Part shown: positions 22,350 to 31,372 of the stretch, piece after piece
Position numbering within the stretch: the first letter of the stretch is position 1
How the letters are laid out: each line of letters opens with the position of its first letter
Source of the DNA: an uncultured Acidobacteriota bacterium
GTDB lineage: Bacteria > Acidobacteriota > UBA6911
Length of the DNA: 64,000 nt
Direction: 5' to 3'
Assembly: GCA_963827655.1 (NCBI GenBank)
Contig: CAWHCF010000010.1
Coordinates: 1 to 64,000, forward strand
The notes under the pieces: generated by a model
Told to the model about the DNA's origin: nothing
What the model saw: only the letters and a program-made list of their open reading frames with translations
The model's database searches: none
Translations under genes and position numbers: made by a program

Positions 22350-22832
22350 ATGCGCAAATGGATCAGCATGTCTGCCCGAGCGGCTCTGGCGCTGTCACTC
22401 GCTTCCGGACTGTGCCTGCAACGGGGATTCACGGCCGACGGCGGCAATCAAGAGAAAGCTTCCAAGGCCTCCACCGACTCCCTCTTCAAACGCCTGGGGG
22501 GAAAAGAGGCGATCGTGGCGGTTGTCGATGACTTTGTCGCCCGGGTGGGAGCCGACAAGCGGATAAACAAATTCTTCGCCAAGACCGATCTCACTAAACT
22601 CAAGATGCACCTGGTAAACCAGATTTGTGAAGCCTCGGGGGGCCCCTGCAAGTACACCGGACTAAGCATGAAGGAAGCGCATAAAGGAATGGGAGTCAGC
22701 GGCGCCGACTTTAGTGCGCTGGTCGAAGACCTGGTAGCAACTCTCGACAAATTCAAGGTGGGAGAAAAAGAGAAAAACGAACTTCTCTCCGTGCTCGGGC
22801 CGATGAAGTCCGACATCGTCGAAAAGCCGTAG
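22350..22832 (+). CDS. Group I truncated haemoglobin with N-terminal signal-like sequence
   Basis: SLFKRLGG, GGPCKYTG, MKEAHKGMGV. Confidence 0.88.
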   Translation: MRKWISMSARAALALSLASGLCLQRGFTADGGNQEKASKASTDSLFKRLGGKEAIVAVVDDFVARVGADKRINKFFAKTDLTKLKMHLVNQICEASGGPCKYTGLSMKEAHKGMGVSGADFSALVEDLVATLDKFKVGEKEKNELLSVLGPMKSDIVEKP

Positions 22833-22841
22833 GATGAGATT

Positions 22842-22928
22842 CTCGGCGTTTCTTTCGAGTCTTTGCGTCTTTGTGGTTGGTTTGGTTCCAATACCGCGAT
22901 GACGCGAAGACTCCAAGAAACGCGACGA
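22842..22928. repeat. Inverted pair of degenerate ACACGAAG-family repeats
   Basis: GGCGTTTCTTTCGAGTCTTTGCGTCTTTGTGGT ... ACCGCGATGACGCGAAGACTCCAAGAAACGCG. Confidence 0.7.
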
Positions 22929-22972
22929 ATTCTCCGCTAGACTTTTGCTGCGCCGCGGGCCAGATTAGGACC

Positions 22973-24124
22973 GTGAGAAACTCCACCTTGGTCCGAATCT
23001 GGCGCGCGCTGGTCGTCTTACTCATTCTCCCTGAGATCGCGCTCCTTCAGACCAAGCCGCGAGCGCGAGACTTGGGAATCCCGCTTGAAGGCACACCCGG
23101 ACCGCTCAACGCCATCACTGACGTCAAGGGAGTCGAAGTAGGCCACAGCACAATAATCTCAGGAGAGGGAACCCTGAAGACCGGCGCGGGGCCGGTGAGA
23201 ACCGGAGTCACGGCTGTCGTGCCACGCGGCCGGAGCTCTTCCGATCTGGTCTTCGCGGGATGGTTTTCACAGAACGGGAACGGCGAGATGACCGGAACCA
23301 CGTGGATCGAAGAATCCGGTTTTCTCGAAGGTCCCGTGATGATAACCAACACCCACAGTGTCGGGATCGTTCGCGACGCCGTGATCGCCTGGCGAGTGCG
23401 AAACAAGCAGATGGCTCAGGCGTTTTCCTTGCCGGTGGTCGCGGAAACTTATGACGGCTATTTGAACGACGTCAACGGCTTTCACGTGAAGGAAAAGCAT
23501 GTCTTCGAGGCGCTCGATAACGCCCGCCCGGGCCCGGTCGCTGAAGGCAACGTCGGCGGCGGAACCGGAATGATCTGCCACGAGTTCAAGGGGGGTATTG
23601 GGACCTCATCTCGGCGGCTCAATGAAAGTTCGGGAGGTTACACCGTTGGAGTCCTGGTGCAGGCTAACTACGGTCTGCGCAGGCAACTGCGCATCGCGGG
23701 AGTTCCGGTCGGGGTCGAGATTACGGATGGCACGCTGCGGTCTCAAGAAGAGGGTTCGATCATCATCGTAGTCGCGACCGATGCCCCGCTGCTGGCGCAC
23801 CAACTCAAACGATTGGCGCGAAGAGCGACGATGGGGCTGGCGCGCATGGGAAGCACGGCGGGCAACGGCTCGGGAGATATTTTCATTGCGTTTTCGACTG
23901 CGAATCCCGAGGCCGCCAAACCTTCAGGGATCGCTAGTCTGACCATGCTGCCCAATGAACGGATGAATCCGATCTTTGAAGCCACCGTCCAGGCGACGGA
24001 AGAAGCCATCACCAACGCTCTCGTCGCTGCCGAGACGATGACGGGCGTCGATAATCACAGGGTGATTGCTCTGCCGCACGACCGGCTGCGGCAGGTTTTG
24101 AAAAAATACAACCGGCTTAAATGA
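22973..24124 (+). CDS. dmpA: DmpA / P1 (S58) family aminopeptidase
   Basis: NAITDVKGVEVGH, GNVGGGTGM, KGGIGTSSR, GSIIIVVATDAP, GSGDIFIAFST. Confidence 0.9.
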   Translation: MRNSTLVRIWRALVVLLILPEIALLQTKPRARDLGIPLEGTPGPLNAITDVKGVEVGHSTIISGEGTLKTGAGPVRTGVTAVVPRGRSSSDLVFAGWFSQNGNGEMTGTTWIEESGFLEGPVMITNTHSVGIVRDAVIAWRVRNKQMAQAFSLPVVAETYDGYLNDVNGFHVKEKHVFEALDNARPGPVAEGNVGGGTGMICHEFKGGIGTSSRRLNESSGGYTVGVLVQANYGLRRQLRIAGVPVGVEITDGTLRSQEEGSIIIVVATDAPLLAHQLKRLARRATMGLARMGSTAGNGSGDIFIAFSTANPEAAKPSGIASLTMLPNERMNPIFEATVQATEEAITNALVAAETMTGVDNHRVIALPHDRLRQVLKKYNRLK

Positions 24125-24240
24125 TGCGCGTGTCTTAGATCCTATGTAGGGCGCCAGCTCGCAGGGTCGAAAGCGCGGGCCGTTCTTGGTAAGCTCCTTT
24201 TGGGTTTAGTTGTTTAATCCAAAAACAAAAAGGAGAAACT

Positions 24241-25398
24241 ATGACCAAGAAGACGACCCGCAACCAACAGTATAGCGATATTCGACCGACATTGTTTATG
24301 GCATTTGAACTGGGGATGTCGGAATGGAAACTGGGATTCACGATTGGGCTGGGGCAGAAGGCGCGAAGGCGCACGGTCACAGCCGGCAACCTTGAAAAAG
24401 TACAGAGGGAGATCGTGGCAGCCAAGAAACGATTCGAACTTCCGGAGACGGCCGAGGTGGTGAGCTGCTACGAAGCAGGGCGTGATGGGTTTTGGCTGCA
24501 TCGATACTTGACGCAGTCTGGGATCGGGAACCTGGTGTTGGACTCAGCGAGCATTGAAGTGAACCGGAGAAAGCGGCGAGCTAAGACGGATCGCCTGGAC
24601 GTGGAGAAGTTGCTGACCATGCTGATTCGGTATCAGTATGGAGAGCACAGGGTCTGGAGCGTGGTGCGAGTACCTTCGCCCGAAGAGGAAGATAACCGGC
24701 AGTTGAATCGAGAGCTGCGCAGCCTGAAGAAGGAGAAGACGCGGACCACCAATCGCATCAAGGGACTACTGGCGAGCCAGGGGGTCAGGCTTGAGCCTGG
24801 GAAGGAGCTGTCGGACAAGAAACTGGACTCGATCAGGTTATGGGATGGCTCGCCTTTGCTGCCGGGGTTGAAAGGCCGCCTGCAGCGCGAGCGGGCGCAT
24901 GTGGTGTTTTTGAAGCGACAGATCCTGTCGCTGGAGGGGGACCGCAGGCGCGAACTCAGAGAGGGAGAGAACCCGGACCTGGACCAGGTACGCCAGCTTG
25001 CGTCTTTGCGCGGCGTTGGTGTCAACGGCGGTTGGGTGCTGGTGCGAGAGTTCTTCGCCTGGAGGGAATTTAACAACCGGCGCGAAGTCGGGTCGCTCGC
25101 GGGCCTGACGCCGACCCCATATCAGAGCGGGGAATCGAGGCGTGAGCAAGGGATTAGCAAAGCCGGCAACCGTCACGTCCGGGGGGTAATGATTGAGCTG
25201 GCCTGGTCTTGGGTGCGCTTCCAGCCCGAGAGCAAGCTCACTCGGTGGTTCGAGGAGCGTTTCGGCGGTGCGGGCAAGCGCGTCCGTAGGGTCGGAATCG
25301 TAGCGCTGGCACGACGCCTGCTGATCGATATGTGGAAATTCCTCGAGACCGGAGCTCTGCCCGAGGGCGCGCAACTGAAAAAAGTAGTTGTCGCTTAG
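24241..25398 (+). CDS. IS110 transposase/recombinase
   Basis: RuvC-like AFELG...CYEAG...KTDRLD; C-terminal GLTPTPYQSG, ISKAGN, VALARRL; SD AAGGAG. Confidence 0.95.
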   Translation: MTKKTTRNQQYSDIRPTLFMAFELGMSEWKLGFTIGLGQKARRRTVTAGNLEKVQREIVAAKKRFELPETAEVVSCYEAGRDGFWLHRYLTQSGIGNLVLDSASIEVNRRKRRAKTDRLDVEKLLTMLIRYQYGEHRVWSVVRVPSPEEEDNRQLNRELRSLKKEKTRTTNRIKGLLASQGVRLEPGKELSDKKLDSIRLWDGSPLLPGLKGRLQRERAHVVFLKRQILSLEGDRRRELREGENPDLDQVRQLASLRGVGVNGGWVLVREFFAWREFNNRREVGSLAGLTPTPYQSGESRREQGISKAGNRHVRGVMIELAWSWVRFQPESKLTRWFEERFGGAGKRVRRVGIVALARRLLIDMWKFLETGALPEGAQLKKVVVA

Positions 25399-25614
25399 AC
25401 GGAGAGAAACCAGAACGTGAGAACGTTCGAGACCTAAACAGCTTATGAAACCTCAGGTGTTGTTTTCCTCTTGCGGCCATTGTGCTCCGGCCGGCCCCAG
25501 CGGCGTCAAGGCTAAACCCTTTGGGCGCGCTGTGCGCGGCCTTGACCCCGCGGGCCGACCGGAATACTTGGCCGCTAAGAGGAAAACAACGGAGAGTAAA
25601 CCAACTTCTCGGCA

Positions 25615-25790
25615 TGGTGGGACTGCCCGAAAGAAACACTGGTATCCGCTTTGGAACCGGTTCTTAGATGGGGCGTCCCGAAAGCGCTCGCACATTTTTC
25701 GCCACCGCGCGAATACAGGATTGGGTGTCCGATCACTACACGATCGGCACGGATAGAAGTTTCATTCGGGGTCTATCCCCGAATCAGACA
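25615..25790 (+). ncRNA. Predicted bridge/seek RNA (target- and donor-binding loops), copy 1; ends approximate
   Basis: Stem GGGACTGCCC/GGGCGTCCC encloses loop strands AAGAAACACT and TTCTTAG, matching the insertion site; stem CGAAT/ATTCG encloses ACAGGATT and ATAGAAG, matching the joined element ends. Confidence 0.8.
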
Positions 25791-25928
25791 CCGAGCCACC
25801 AGCTGCAGACGTAACCAAGGAGGTCAACCGAAAAGGAGCTTGACACCCAAGACTACATAGAAGTGTTTCTTCGTGTCTTCGTGTCCTAGTGGTATTGTTG
25901 TGTTTGCGCACTCCAGAAGTGCCCTTCA

Positions 25929-26945
25929 CTAGAGATGCCGATCCTCCAGCGGAAGATACTTCGCGACCCCCGCCATCAAATTTTTGAATTCAGCAAAGGT
26001 TAACGACTGGGCGCCGTCAGACCAGGCCTCTTCCGGATTCGGATGAACCTCCACGATAATGCCGTCCGCGCCGGCCGCCACGGCTGATTTCGCCATAGGC
26101 CCTACCAGCGAGCGCTTCCCGGTGGCATGGCTCGGATCGACAACGACCGGCAGATGGCTGAGTTCGTTGAGCAGGGGAACTGCCGAAATATCCAGCGTGT
26201 TGCGGGTCATCGTTTCAAAGGTACGGATGCCGCGCTCACACAGAATCACGTTCGGGTTTCCCTGAGAGAGGATGTACTCCGCCGACATCAGGAATTCCTT
26301 GATCGTAGCCGAAAGCCCGCGTTTCAACAGAACGGGTTTGGTTGACTTGCCCACGCGCTTCAAGAGCGCAAAATTCTGCATATTGCGCGCGCCGATCTGC
26401 AGAATATCGGCATACCGGGCCACCAGGTCGACTTGTTCTGGGGTCATGACCTCGGTGCAGACCTGGAGTCCGGTGGCCTCTCGAGCTTCCGACAAAAGCT
26501 CCAACCCCTCTTCCTCAAGACCCTGGAAGTCATAGGGCGAGGTTCGAGGTTTGTAAGCTCCTCCTCGAAGGACGGTCGCGCCGGCGGCGCGGACGGCCTT
26601 CGCCGTTTCCAGAAGTTGCGGCCTGCTCTCGACCGAACAGGGGCCCGCAATCACCACGAACTGGTCAGCGCCAAAAGTTACGTCTCCAACGTGGATCTCG
26701 GTTTTGTCCGGCTTGAGCTCGCGGCCGACAAGCTTGAACGGCTGGCGAATGGCCACGACACTCTCCACCCCGGGCGCTCCCTCGAGAGCTTGAAGAGCGG
26801 CCCGGTTGTTGCCGGTCCCCACAGCTCCTATTACGGTACGGGTTTCTCCGAAGATGGGGTGAGCAACATAGCCATACGATTGGATCTTCTCGCAGACGTG
26901 GTCGATTTGTTCCTTGGTAGCGCCGGGCTTCATTGAAATGATCAT
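25929..26945 (-). CDS. aroF: 3-deoxy-7-phosphoheptulonate (DAHP) synthase, type I-beta with N-terminal regulatory domain
   Basis: [41 protein letters not shown]; ATG at 26945 with SD AGGAG. Confidence 0.95.
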   Translation of the reverse strand: MIISMKPGATKEQIDHVCEKIQSYGYVAHPIFGETRTVIGAVGTGNNRAALQALEGAPGVESVVAIRQPFKLVGRELKPDKTEIHVGDVTFGADQFVVIAGPCSVESRPQLLETAKAVRAAGATVLRGGAYKPRTSPYDFQGLEEEGLELLSEAREATGLQVCTEVMTPEQVDLVARYADILQIGARNMQNFALLKRVGKSTKPVLLKRGLSATIKEFLMSAEYILSQGNPNVILCERGIRTFETMTRNTLDISAVPLLNELSHLPVVVDPSHATGKRSLVGPMAKSAVAAGADGIIVEVHPNPEEAWSDGAQSLTFAEFKNLMAGVAKYLPLEDRHL

Positions 26946-26976
26946 CGAAGTAGCTCCTGCCCTGAAGCGAGAGGCC

Positions 26977-27016
26977 AAAAACAAAAAAGCCCACAACGGC
27001 TATCACCGAGGTGGGC
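26977..27016 (-). terminator. Attenuator terminator upstream of aroF
   Basis: Minus strand GCCCACCTCGG-TGATAG-CCGTTGTGGGC followed by TTTTTTGTTTTT. Confidence 0.85.
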
Positions 27017-27042
27017 CCCTTTAAGCGCAACTCTGGGGATGG

Positions 27043-27162
27043 TTAGCCCACCTCGCCTCCGTTGGGGCTGTTAAAGAAATACCAAAAGTACGCAAGGCGG
27101 TGCCGACCCCCAGCTTTCGCCGGATCGCAAACACCCATGCTCTTAGGATCAGTCTGTTTCAT
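27043..27162 (-). CDS. Aromatic amino acid attenuator leader peptide (39 aa, YFWYFF)
   Basis: Manual translation: MKQTDPKSMGVCDPAKAGGRHRLAYFWYFFNSPNGGEVG*; alternative start at the second ATG (27138). Confidence 0.8.
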   Translation of the reverse strand: MKQTDPKSMGVCDPAKAGGRHRLAYFWYFFNSPNGGEVG

Positions 27163-27177
27163 GCCGACACCGCGCCG

Positions 27178-27205
27178 ATCTTACTGAACCGGGGCCGATT
27201 GTCAA
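27178..27205 (-). promoter_or_regulatory. Sigma70-type promoter of the aroF leader
   Basis: TTGACA-16 bp-TAAGAT on the minus strand, 15 nt upstream of the leader ATG. Confidence 0.7.
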
Positions 27206-27432
27206 GCTCAAACAAGCCTCGGCCAGGTTCCCCTCATCCTCCGCCGAGAACCAATCGCTCGATTCACTCGGCAAACTTCTAGTGACTCGAGGGGCAGAAA
27301 AATATCTTTTCCTTCATTTTCGTGCTTTAGATCCTATGTAGGGCGCCAGCTCGCAGGGTCGAAAGCGCGGGCCGTTCTTGGTAAGCTCCTTTTGGGTTTA
27401 GTTGTTTAATCCAAAAACAAAAAGGAGAAACT

Positions 27433-28590
27433 ATGACCAAGAAGACGACCCGCAACCAACAGTATAGCGATATTCGACCGACATTGTTTATGGCATTTGA
27501 ACTGGGGATGTCGGAATGGAAACTGGGATTCACGATTGGGCTGGGGCAGAAGGCCCGAAGGCGCACGGTCACAGCCGGCAACCTTGAAAAAGTACAGAGG
27601 GAGATCGTGGCAGCCAAGAAACGATTCGAACTTCCGGAGACGGCCGAGGTGGTGAGCTGCTACGAAGCAGGGCGTGATGGGTTTTGGCTGCATCGATACT
27701 TGACACAGTCTGGGATCGGGAACCTGGTGTTGGACTCAGCGAGCATTGAAGTGAACCGGAGAAAGCGGCGAGCTAAGACGGATCGCCTGGACGTGGAGAA
27801 GTTGCTGACCATGCTGATTCGGTATCAGTATGGAGAGCACAGGGTCTGGAGCGTGGTGCGAGTACCTTCGCCCGAAGAGGAAGATAACCGGCAGTTGAAT
27901 CGAGAGCTGCGCAGCCTGAAGAAGGAGAAGACGCGGACCACCAATCGCATCAAGGGACTACTGGCGAGCCAGGGGGTCAGGCTTGAGCCTGGGAAGGAGC
28001 TGTCGGACAAGAAACTGGACTCGATCAGGTTATGGGATGGCTCGCCTTTGCTGCCGGGGTTGAAAGGCCGCCTGCAGCGCGAGCGGGCGCATGTGGTGTT
28101 TTTGAAGCGACAGATCCTGTCGCTGGAGGGGGACCGCAGGCGCGAACTCAGAGAGGGAGAGAACCCGGACCTGGACCAGGTACGCCAGCTTGCGTCTTTG
28201 CGCGGCGTTGGTGTCAACGGCGGTTGGGTGCTGGTGCGAGAGTTCTTCGCCTGGAGGGAATTTAACAACCGGCGCGAAGTCGGGTCGCTCGCGGGCCTGA
28301 CGCCGACCCCATATCAGAGCGGGGAATCGAGGCGTGAGCAAGGGATCAGCAAAGCCGGCAACCGTCACGTCCGGGGGGTAATGATTGAGCTGGCCTGGTC
28401 TTGGGTGCGCTTCCAGCCCGAGAGCAAGCTCACTCGGTGGTTCGAGGAGCGTTTCGGCGGTGCGGGCAAGCGCGTCCGTAGGGTCGGAATCGTAGCGCTG
28501 GCACGACGCCTGCTGATCGATATGTGGAAATTCCTCGAGACCGGAGCTCTGCCCGAGGGCGCGCAACTGAAAAAAGTAGTTGTCGCTTAG
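27433..28590 (+). CDS. IS110 transposase/recombinase (protein identical to copy 1)
   Basis: Same 385-aa translation in the ORF track. Confidence 0.95.
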   Translation: MTKKTTRNQQYSDIRPTLFMAFELGMSEWKLGFTIGLGQKARRRTVTAGNLEKVQREIVAAKKRFELPETAEVVSCYEAGRDGFWLHRYLTQSGIGNLVLDSASIEVNRRKRRAKTDRLDVEKLLTMLIRYQYGEHRVWSVVRVPSPEEEDNRQLNRELRSLKKEKTRTTNRIKGLLASQGVRLEPGKELSDKKLDSIRLWDGSPLLPGLKGRLQRERAHVVFLKRQILSLEGDRRRELREGENPDLDQVRQLASLRGVGVNGGWVLVREFFAWREFNNRREVGSLAGLTPTPYQSGESRREQGISKAGNRHVRGVMIELAWSWVRFQPESKLTRWFEERFGGAGKRVRRVGIVALARRLLIDMWKFLETGALPEGAQLKKVVVA

Positions 28591-28806
28591 ACGGAGAGAA
28601 ACCAGAACGTGAGAACGTTCGAGACCTAAACAGCTTATGAAACCTCAGGTGTTGTTTTCCTCTTGCGGCCATTGTGCTCCGGCCTGCCCCAGCGGCGTCA
28701 AGGCTAAACCCTTTGGGCGCGCTGTGCGCGGCCTTGACCCCGCGGGCCGACCGGAATTCTTGGCCGCTAAGAGGAAAACAACGGAGAGTAAACCAACTTC
28801 TCGGCA

Positions 28807-28982
28807 TGGTGGGACTGCCCGAAAGAAACACTGGTATCCGCTTTGGAACCGGTTCTTAGATGGGGCGTCCCGAAAGCGCTCGCACATTTTTCGCCACCGC
28901 GCGAATACAGGATTGGGTGTCCGATCACTACACGATCGGCACGGATAGAAGTTTCATTCGGGGTCTATCCCCGAATCAGACA
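28807..28982 (+). ncRNA. Predicted bridge/seek RNA, copy 2; ends approximate
   Basis: Same stems and guide segments as copy 1 (AAGAAACACT at 28823-28832). Confidence 0.8.
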
Positions 28983-29109
28983 CCGAGCCACCAGCTGCAG
29001 ACGTAACCAAGGAGGTCAACCGAAAAGGAGCTTGACACCCAAGACTACATGAAGTGTTTCTTGGTGTCTTCGTGTCTTTGTGGTTAGGATGTCTAACAAC
29101 TACCTCTAA

Positions 29110-29343
29110 GGGTTCGCGCAGAAATAAGTTCGCATTCTGCTGCAGGCCCCCAGGCCCGCTGGCGAGGCGCGAGCGACGATGCGTACCCGGCGCGGTACGT
29201 GAGGAGCGAGCAACAAAGCCAGCGGGCCTGCGGGCCGCAGCCCGAAGGGGCGCGATCCTCAGGGTGCGTCGCTGACGGAAACCGGTTCATGATTTGACCA
29301 CCGACTCTCGCGCCAGAATGTGAAGTTATTTTTGCGCGAGCCC
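29110..29343 (+). mobile_element. MITE, 234 bp, copy A
   Basis: TIRs GGGTTCGCGCAGAAATAAGTTCGCATTCTG / CAGAATGTGAAGTTATTTTTGCGCGAGCCC; TAA on both flanks. Confidence 0.85.
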
Positions 29344-29383
29344 TAAGACTCAAAGACACGAAGAAACCAGGGAGGTGTGAAAG

Positions 29384-30621
29384 ATGTCTCTCTCACGGCG
29401 GCAGTTGTGCGGGTGGCTTGCGGGGAGTGCGTTGACGGCTGGGGTTGAGACTTCGGCTAAAGCCGGACTCGGCTTATAGCCGCGCCTCCCCAGGCGGCGT
29501 CCGGCTCTCATATCGGCAATCTCTATCCCTTCGCGCAGAAGCAAGCGGATCGTTCGACGCTCGAGCTTTCCTTTCTACGGCCCGAGTTCCGCGATTTGAC
29601 GAAATGGCAAAAACTGGCGCGGGCGAAAGTGTTTGAACATCTCTTCTACGAGCCTGCGGCTGTATCGCCACAACCTCAAGTCATCCGGCGCACGGATAAG
29701 GGGGACTATATCGAAGAGTACCTGACCTTTCAGACCACACCGGATCTGCGAGTGCCCGCCTATGTGCTCGTGCCGAAAAGAGTCAAGCTCCCGGCCCCGG
29801 GTATCGTGGTCCTTCACGACCATGGCGGCTTCTATCTTTGGGGTAAAGAGAAAGTGGTCGAGCTGGAAGTCGAACCTCCGGCCCTGAGCGAGTTCAAGCA
29901 GCAGGCTTATGGCGGGAAGAGCATAGCAGTGGAACTGGCGCGCCGAGGCTTTGTCGTCATCACCATAGACATGTTCTACTGGGGAGAGCGCCGCATGATC
30001 CTCGACGATGATCCTGCTTCCTATCAGGAGCCCGCGAAAATGACACGGGAGGAAATCAGCACATTTAATCGGCGCTCGCAACAAAGCGAACAGCTCGTGG
30101 CGCGAACCCTGTTTGCCGCGGGAATCACGTGGCCGGGAGTGATTCTATGGGACGATCTCAGGACCGTGGATTATTTCAGGACCCGTCCCGAGGTGGACGC
30201 GAAGCGGATCGGCTGCGTGGGGCTCTCGGTCGGCGGTTACCGCAGTTTTGTGCTGGCCGCGCTGGACGAACGTATTCAAGCCGCCGTCAATGTCGGATGG
30301 ATGACGTCTCTTGCCTCTCAAATCAAACGCCACGCCGTGAACTCCATCGGGCTGACATTCCACATTATCGGCTTGTACCGGTATATGGACTTTCCCGACC
30401 TGGCCGCTTTGATAGCCCCCCGCGCCGTGATGGTGATGAATGGAGCTCAGGACCGGCTCTTTGCGCCCGAGGGAGTCCGGGCGGCCTTCGATAAGATCGC
30501 CCGTTGTTTTGCCAAGGCGGGAGTTTCAGAACGCCAGCGCTGCCGGCTTTTTGATTTGCCCCATGTGTTCAATCAGGAGATGCAGGCCGAGGCCTGGGAG
30601 TGGATCCAAGCGCGCGTGTGA
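29384..30621 (+). CDS. Tat-exported alpha/beta hydrolase (dienelactone hydrolase-like; frameshift near 29460)
   Basis: MSLSRRQL start after SD GGAGG; main ORF has LHDHGG, GLSVGG, LIAPR, HVF. Confidence 0.78.
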
Positions 30622-30779
30622 GCCATACAGTAAGTCATGACTCAGCCTTCACTTGACCAGGCCGCGTTCGAAGGATTCAGTGGATGGGGTACCCTGCCTG
30701 CAAGACCGCGAGGGGTTGTACTTTGGCGATGGACAGCGGCGCCCGCCAGGAATGGAGCTCTCGGTTCACGATCCGATGG

Positions 30780-31193
30780 TCAATGGTTTCGGCGGTAATA
30801 CTTCCGCGGCACGTAACTGCCGTAATGGCGGCCGTCGCCGCGGCGTGGGCTATAGCTGCGATAGCCGGGGGCCGGGTTCGGCGCCAGAACGTATCCCACC
30901 ACTGGGCCGGCTAAGTAAGGCCGGTAGCTGGGGACGGAGTAGGAGCCGAACGGGTAGTACTGCTGGTAGGTGCCAAAAGGATAATAGCTACGATAGGTGC
31001 CAAAGGGAGAATAATGACGATAGGTCCCGAACGGATAGTAGCCCGGAGAAGCGTAACTGTAGGGCGCGAAATATCCTCGATTGCCGATGCCGGAACCAAA
31101 TGAAGATCGACGTCCCCCAGCTTCGGCAGACAGAGCCGAGCCCAACAGCGCCACAAGAGTAAAGAGCGCAATAGATGCGACTTTATGTTTCAT
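30780..31193 (-). CDS. Small secreted Tyr/Gly/Pro-rich protein with 9-aa repeats
   Basis: Signal peptide ending AEA; four (Y)xPFG(T/S)Y units; SD GAGGTG upstream. Confidence 0.7.
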   Translation of the reverse strand: MKHKVASIALFTLVALLGSALSAEAGGRRSSFGSGIGNRGYFAPYSYASPGYYPFGTYRHYSPFGTYRSYYPFGTYQQYYPFGSYSVPSYRPYLAGPVVGYVLAPNPAPGYRSYSPRRGDGRHYGSYVPRKYYRRNH

Positions 31194-31372
31194 GACTCAC
31201 ACCTCACATTCAACTACCCAAGTCTACCTCTACGGATGCTTCGGGTGAATAGAAAGGTTCATCGGTGCAGGCATTTTTCATAACGGCACGCTGACCCCAG
31301 GACCTGACGCGGCTTGCGGCCGCAACCCGCGGGTTCTTCGTATCCCTTAGCGTCCTCGTGTCTTCGTGCTTA

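Larger units (their letters stand above)
24139..25863 (+). mobile_element. IS110-family (IS1111-type) element, copy 1
   Basis: Boundaries from comparison with copy 2; AG core on both sides (24137-38, 25862-63); sub-terminal IR CTATGTAG/CTACATAG; ~460-nt 3' non-coding end. Confidence 0.92.
27331..29054 (+). mobile_element. IS110-family (IS1111-type) element, copy 2
   Basis: Near-identical direct repeat of copy 1 (a few SNPs, one A missing in the right IR); AG core at 27329-30 and 29053-54. Confidence 0.92.

Noticed and set aside
25445-25860. Short ORFs in the IS110 3' end as passenger genes
   Set aside because: No SD or protein-like composition; the region is better explained by RNA stems and guide matches.
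31285-31335. TPP-riboswitch-like ACCCCAGGACCTGACGCGG
   Set aside because: Lacks CTGAGA and the closing AGGGA; no thiamine gene downstream.
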